Source: Psammoneis japonica (lineage: Eukaryota). Taken from it: a stretch of 57,644 bases of DNA. The translations under genes were made by a program, and so were the position numbers. A model generated the notes under the pieces. That model searched no databases, was not told where the DNA came from, and saw nothing but the letters and a program-made list of their open reading frames with translations. The stretch is taken from the NCBI GenBank assembly GCA_008632985.1, contig QPGO01000032.1:1-57644 (forward strand), read 5' to 3'. Positions 51,401-57,644 of this stretch are shown piece by piece; position 1 is the stretch's first letter; the number at the start of each line of letters is the position of its first letter.

Positions 51401-54297
51401 NNNNNNNNNNNNNNNNNNNNNNNNNNNNNNNNNNNNNNNNNNNNNNNNNNNNNNNNNNNNNNNNNNNNNNNNNNNNNNNNNNNNNNNNNNNNNNNNNNNN
51501 NNNNNNNNNNNNNNNNNNNNNNNNNNNNNNNNNNNNNNNNNNNNNNNNNNNNNNNNNNNNNNNNNNNNNNNNNNNNNNNNNNNNNNNNNNNNNNNNNNNN
51601 NNNNNNNNNNNNNNNNNNNNNNNNNNNNNNNNNNNNNNNNNNNNNNNNNNNNNNNNNNNNNNNNNNNNNNNNNNNNNNNNNNNNNNNNNNNNNNNNNNNN
51701 NNNNNNNNNNNNNNNNNNNNNNNNNNNNNNNNNNNNNNNNNNNNNNNNNNNNNNNNNNNNNNNNNNNNNNNNNNNNNNNNNNNNNNNNNNNNNNNNNNNN
51801 NNNNNNNNNNNNNNNNNNNNNNNNNNNNNNNNNNNNNNNNNNNNNNNNNNNNNNNNNNNNNNNNNNNNNNNNNNNNNNNNNNNNNNNNNNNNNNNNNNNN
51901 NNNNNNNNNNNNNNNNNNNNNNNNNNNNNNNNNNNNNNNNNNNNNNNNNNNNNNNNNNNNNNNNNNNNNNNNNNNNGCCACAAACTCTGGGTTTGTCCAG
52001 TGTTTAGTGCAATGAGGGCAATGTGCGAACATGCCGTTTTTTGATTTCTGACCATGCTTGTGCCTTGGGCATCGAAGCTGCTGATCACTGACTGTTTTAG
52101 GCACAGTGCGACAGGCAAGATTGACAGTGCAATCATGATCAAAAGTCTCTGTGATGGAAAGTCGAGTGTAATCCTCGCTGCATGTCAACCCAGTTGTGCA
52201 GATCCGACTGGTCAGTTTGGATGGTGTTCTTTTACCATCACGCCTAAAATCTCTGTTGTCAGAATGCAGATTGTCTCTTGCTGTGTTCATGTCTTCAAAC
52301 CATGCCTGAATGTGACCGTGTGCCGAGAGTCTACCTTGTTCTTCCATTGCAGCCATGAAAGCGGAGGGTCTCCCCATGTAGAACTCAAAATCTTCTCTGG
52401 GTGAATTCCTTTTTAAGTCCCATCCCATTGCTTCTTCTATGACGATTTCCAACAACATTTCGAATGCAAAAGCCATGACACCCGGGTGCTCCACACGAAG
52501 CTCGTTTCTTGCCTCAGCCTTTTCGGTTGGTTCTTCATCCGACATTTCTGTCACATCTCTGCCTTTGTCGACGAGCATGTCCGTGTGAATTTGAGCTAAA
52601 AAGGAACTGGCATCATCGGGGCTTGTCGTTAAAAATGCTCCAGGTTGTCCAAAGTGGCGTTGGCAGGTTTCAGCATTTCTTCTCATTTTTTTTGCTGCTT
52701 CATTTGCATGTGGAACAGATGCCGACACCACATCCACTGCACTTAAGAAACGATGTCCCAATGCGCAATTCCTGCGTTCACCGGTCTGTCTGTCACACAT
52801 GGCACGGTCGACGTCGTCTTGTGTCAGTTCATTTGAGAATTGTCTGGCTTGATTTTTGTCTCTTGCTTTCCATCCAGCACTGTGCACCATTCGTTGCTTC
52901 ACAGTCAGATTGCACAGGGTCAGAACAAAGAGTTGCTTGTGGAAATGGGGCTGAGAAATGCGGGCCAAGTGATCTGCGCAATGTGCTAGATTTGTGCAGT
53001 CGGCGAGACTCCCGTCTTCTTTCATTCTTGTTTCATTGATGCCGCCACGCCCACAAGGAAATTGCAGCAAGCAAGCATTCACCAGGTTGTTGTCCTCAAA
53101 GTCACTGACTGATTCTTTCAAAAGATCAGCTTTGAATTCAATGTCAAAACCGCTTGCAGCTGCATCGTGCACCAAGTCTTTGAAGCTGTCTAAATTGCGT
53201 TGTCCACCAGTTGTTGAAGAAACGGTGCCATCGGGGAAATGAACACTGCAGGACTCCGTGGTTTCAACGTTTGCATTTTCGCTTTCGTCCAAACTGCTGT
53301 TGTCCACTAAAACTGGATTCTGTAAATTACTTCGCACTTCCTCTAGATCGATGTCTTGATTCATCCAATTCTCGCGGTGATGGACAAGCCATTCCAGTGC
53401 TCTCATTACACAGTGAGTCCTGATTTTGTTCTTTTGTCTGGCCATTTGCCTTTGCTCTGGTGTCATTTTGCCGGACACCAACACAACCACATTTTGATGA
53501 AGGTTCAACACGTCAAAGTGCACAATGGTGCGGGCGATGCTCTTCATGTTTATCTTGCAACAGGAAAGACTGCCTTGCAGTTTCTTCTGTTTGCCACCGA
53601 CAAAACTGAAGCAGCAGCCATGTGTTTTCACAGGTGTCAACAAAGCCAGTTCTGCTTCGGCAAGACACGATAATTCAGGTGGTGGTGTTCCAAAACAGCA
53701 ATTATTTGCCATTGCGCATGGAGGCACAGAAGTGGTGCAGAGACTCCTTTTACAAGGCCTGCAACAAGTGAATCCTTCAGACCTTCTGTTGTCGTTCGGA
53801 ACAACACATCGAGCTCTTGGCAAAAGTGACAGGTCGGAAATCCATCGGCAATCCCGTGGAATGTGGTCGTCATCAATGCGACAACAATCGTGTGGGTCTT
53901 CCGACACTTGGTTCCATTCAGATGGAGTTGACAGGTGTCTGGCTTCTTTCAATTTATTGACAGAAAGTCGAGCAGTCTGAGACGGTTTCAACAATCTGTC
54001 ACACACCAAACAAACCCAAGGGACGCACTCGTTTCCATTCCTGCAACAAAGCTTCTCAAAACGTCTGTTCACATTGTCTCGGTGCCTGGTGTTGCTGTCA
54101 TCCACAAGACAGCTTGCAACGGCAGGCTCACACTGCGCAAAGACAAGTTGAACCAACAACGCAGCAACAGGTGCACACCAGATAACACGACGACCCATGA
54201 GACTTGTGATGAGAACAATCTGAGTAAAGTCAACATGATCAACAGATGGTGGACAATCCGACCTGCAACTGGTGTTCCCAGTCACTGCAGGGTCCAC
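48429..54297 (-). pseudogene. Helitron RepHel (HUH endonuclease plus PIF1 helicase); frameshifted, with assembly gap 51035-51976
   Basis: Rep motifs PGAFLTTSP and EEQGRLSAHGH. Helicase motifs GAGGSGKS, LIVDEMS, AGDLRQLEPV, MHRF, GHKLQG, HVMLSRV. Confidence 0.92.
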
Positions 54298-55182
54298 TTC
54301 CAGTGTTTTCTGGACTCAGCAGACGAGTGTGTGTAACAAATCTTCAGCATGTCAAGAGTGCAATGAACAATGATGAATGCGACATGACAAATCTGCAACC
54401 GGTGTTTCCCGGTCTCTGCAGACTCTGCGACCAGTGCATTCTGGTCCCCGCAGATGTTGTCTCAGCTGCAACTGGTGGTGCTTTGTGTCGAGATGGCTGG
54501 AGAGTCTTCCTTTGCAAAAGTTCAGATCTCATGAAAAATGAGGGTTGAAGCAAACTTCCGTGCATGATTGACGGACCCGACACGTTGTAGATCGCTCGTC
54601 TTGATTTACTTGACACGTCATCGTTTGCTCGTGCGTTCTACATTGGGATGCACTGCTGACAGCAGCGGCATCACACCGGTGAGGTTATGAACGTCAGCGG
54701 GAACGATGTCTTGTGGAAGTTCAATGTGCGATGATGCATCTCGTAGTTGAAGTCGGTTCTACCCACTGCGACTGTACGACGTTTGTGCGACTGTGACGCC
54801 TCACACCTCGATCTGCTGCCAAGTGTAACAGATGTGTGTTGTTGCAGTGTGTCCTCATGATCGGCACGTTCCTTTCATCCCACTTGTGAATCATGTCATC
54901 TCGCAATGCATGCACTGACATTGAATCATTCGAGTGAAAAGATTCCAAATTTTAGAAAGATTTCCAGCCACACCTTTCTTTCGCACAATTTTACGTAGCC
55001 TGTCATGCTGGTCCTTCTTTCCTGCGTCTCGCAGTGGAAATTGTACGCAACATGAGTGACGTGCCCACACGACCGTTGCTGCACGACCGCTGCTGTGTCA
55101 GCTCTTCGTGGGAGCTCAGTGACTGGTGACCTTGTTTTTGGCTCACAATTTTGTGCCAATCAACAACGAAAGACTTTGTAAG

Positions 55183-56052
55183 ATGGCCCGTAAAACGCAA
55201 GGTTCTACCAAGAAGTTGGGCGCTTCTCCAACCAAGAAACAGCAGTCTCCCATCAAGTTTTCTGCTTCCCTCATGAAAAAAATTACCCCTGCCAAGACCG
55301 TTGGTCTCAATGATGAAGATGTGAAGGCCGAAGATTTGTTGGCCAAGACGGGCATCAAGGTTACGAAGGTGTCTGGTGGTGCCGCAAGCGACACTGCCAG
55401 CAAGGATGCTAATCTACGAGTGGCCAAGATCACCGAAGGCAGCAAGCAAGGCTTGGCATTCCGTTTGGAGCCCAAGGGGACAGGTGACCCCTCCGGTGTG
55501 TGGGCAGAGAAAGTGTTTTTTGATGCCATGCGCTCAGGCAAGTCTTGGGTTGCCAATTCAGGGTTTGTGCCGCACACCAAGCAGTGGCACCACAACAACG
55601 CATCGATGAAGAATGGAAGGGATTGCTCCATTCGTCTCTTCGTGATTTACGTCGAGGAGACCCCGTCCGATGAACAAGTCAAGATGTTAGCCAAGTGCAT
55701 TGCTGCCAAGTTGAACAACGACCCGGACGACAACACTGCCGTTCACATTGAGGACGACTGCATCTGGATCCAGGATGGTGTGTGGGCCGATGTGATTGGC
55801 AACGACCAGGCTTTAACGGAACTCCATAAGGAGGGTGGTGACTTCCACTTAGGATGGCATGAGCAGCACAAGAACTTGCTTCACAGTTGCCTTCGAACGG
55901 GAACCTTGACCATGGATTTCTGCCGCATGATTGGTGCTCCAGCAGACGAAGCGGCTGAGGATCTTGATGAGGAAGATGGGGTGTTGCACGATGACCAGAT
56001 GTCTGATGACGAGGAGAACGACTTGCTGCTTTGCGACAGCGACGAGAACTGA
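55183..56052 (+). CDS. Unknown protein, divergent from RepHel; probable Helitron accessory or captured gene
   Basis: Open 289-aa frame with a Lys-rich N-terminus and acidic tail, inside the TpA-depleted domain. Only one Tyr. Confidence 0.55.
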   Translation: MARKTQGSTKKLGASPTKKQQSPIKFSASLMKKITPAKTVGLNDEDVKAEDLLAKTGIKVTKVSGGAASDTASKDANLRVAKITEGSKQGLAFRLEPKGTGDPSGVWAEKVFFDAMRSGKSWVANSGFVPHTKQWHHNNASMKNGRDCSIRLFVIYVEETPSDEQVKMLAKCIAAKLNNDPDDNTAVHIEDDCIWIQDGVWADVIGNDQALTELHKEGGDFHLGWHEQHKNLLHSCLRTGTLTMDFCRMIGAPADEAAEDLDEEDGVLHDDQMSDDEENDLLLCDSDEN

Positions 56053-56463
56053 GACATTTTTCCCCGGTCTGGCCTCCGCTCTTTAGTGCGCAGTGCAGCA
56101 TGTAAATGTTTAGTCCATTTGGTCAAACATTTTTTTTATTTACTTGGCAAGCAAGACTTGCATTGCGTGCGACTGTGGCAAATCGTGCACATTTAAATTA
56201 TGCACTTAGCAGTCATTGAATGCTGCATTCGTAGCCGGCTCGTTTTCTGCATGATTTCAAAATCAATTGGCACTCGTGTCTCAATTGTTGTGCACATCTC
56301 TTTTCTGACAGTGATTTCAAAATGTCATGTGTTTGGCCTGCCTGACTTGCATTTCCGGTTGTTTCCGCAAAGTCTGCTTTTCAAACTTTGTGCCAGTGCA
56401 CAATTCACCAAATGAGACTGAGTTGCCAATGCACGGCCTCAGCATGGCAGTGAGCCAGTGATG

Positions 56464-56750
56464 AAGCCATCCCACTAAGAGACCCAGCCCGGTGTTCACA
56501 CCTCAGACCCATCTCCTCTGGAGACCAGTCCACTGTGGCACCAGTGTCGCGGCCAATCTCATTGGGTCACTTTTTGCTGCTCCTTGCNNNNNNNNNNNNN
56601 NNNNNNNNNNNNNNNNNNNNNNNNNNNNNNNNNNNAGCCATCCCACTAAGAGACCCAGCCCGGCATTCATGCCTCAGACCCATCTCCTCTGGAGACCAGT
56701 CCACTGTGGCACCAGTGTTGTGGTTGATCTCATTGGGTCACATTCTGCTG
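56464..56750. repeat. Direct repeat, two copies of about 115 bp flanking an N gap
   Basis: agccatcccactaagagacccagcccgg...ctcattgggtcac occurs twice. Confidence 0.85.
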
Positions 56751-57038
56751 GTGCTTGGTGGTCACAGGGTGCAGTTGGCAATTGCAGGGTGCAGGGCACA
56801 GCAAATGCAGGGTGCGGCAAGAACCGCACAACTCACCGGTGCCATGAAAATGTGATGCATCAACACGGCAAGGGACACTGATGAAGTGGTCCCACACAAG
56901 GACCCAGCACACTGTGCCTTTCCCTGTCACATGTGTTTTGAGTGTGCAGTGGCATTGCTGCATGCTGCAGTTGTGGCCGTTGCTGCCGGAGGCTGGGAAA
57001 ATTTTCTTTTTTTTTGAACAAATCCCCCCAACATGTGA

Positions 57039-57290
57039 CACGTGCAAATCCTGCATGTCGTTCCTCACAACCCCTGTCAATGGCTCACTCGTTCGTGTGT
57101 GCAACACATGTGCGGAGTGCAACAGGGAAAAGATTCCTCTGTACGGTGCACAGCACAGCACTGGTTTAACATGTGATGCAGTGCTGCACTGCACGTGCAA
57201 ATCCTGCAGGTCGTTCCTCACAACCCCTGTCAATGGCTTGTTCGTTCGTGTGTGCAACACACACACGGAGTGCAACAGGGAAAAGATTCA
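57039..57290. repeat. Direct repeat, two copies of about 100 bp
   Basis: cacgtgcaaatcctgca...gcaacagggaaaagattc at ~57039 and ~57192. Confidence 0.9.
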
Positions 57291-57644
57291 TGCGGTGAAC
57301 CACAGCATTGGTTGATGCACGACACTGGATGAAAAAAAAATGGCACCACAAGATGTGCCATGAGTCACCCCAATCAGTCCGGCAAAGACAATGCCACCCT
57401 TGCGTCGCTTGGGAAAATGGTCGCTGTGAAAACAAGCTCCAATTGTGGGGGCAGCTTCATTCACACCTACAAGGCTCAGACGCCTTCTTCGTCGAGAGTT
57501 GCGGCACTGGCACATTTGATAAACAGAGAACCCGTAGCTAACGAAGGCAAGTGGTCTGCTGAAAAGATGATGCATCGAGCCAACAAAAAGGCTGCAAAGA
57601 TCGAAAGTCTAGAAGAACTGCCTGCACAGCTTGCGCGTCATTTC

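Larger units (their letters stand above)
48308..57500 (-). mobile_element. Helitron (rolling-circle transposon), mutated; 5' boundary uncertain
   Basis: RepHel ORF. Candidate 3' hairpin at 48338-48357 followed by CTAA|T on the minus strand. Confidence 0.8.

Noticed and set aside
50604..52142. Long ORFs made of X residues
   Set aside because: Artefacts of the N gap.
48429..54297. Alternative genetic code as the cause of the missing Tyr
   Set aside because: Neighbouring host genes use Tyr normally, and TpA is lost in all frames and in non-coding repeat DNA.
56464..57290. CRISPR-like array
   Set aside because: Only two copies of each ~100-bp unit, no repeat-spacer periodicity, eukaryotic context and no cas genes.

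Overview
Eukaryotic genomic DNA with short GT-AG introns and compact genes. Gene content and style suggest a diatom (inference). About 19 host genes alternate with five sharply bounded blocks (about 1-1770, 16760-18180, 28500-30200, 32700-34990, 46030-57500) of degenerate repeat or TE-like DNA, including a Helitron RepHel element. These blocks have lost almost all TpA and much of their CpG, and are rich in TpG/CpA. In the Helitron, conserved Tyr/Thr motif codons are converted in a TAY->TGY (= RTA->RCA) pattern, surviving TpA sits mostly in YTAR context, and paired repeat copies differ by TG versus CA at the same site. This points to a repeat-targeted A:T->G:C hypermutation process, the opposite direction to fungal RIP. 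A chromodomain-fused, RID/DNMT4-like C5 DNA methyltransferase gene starts about 300 bp from the largest block. Other notable genes: a calpain with zf-GRF/UIM/SIM/VIM motifs (Wss1/SPRTN-like layout), a membrane-anchored major-vault-like protein, tandem secretory PKDCC-like kinases, and a divergent pair of small proteins sharing a C-terminal WGxxV[DE] motif. Many genes have single-base frameshifts, probably assembly errors. All counts were made by eye and no database searches were run.
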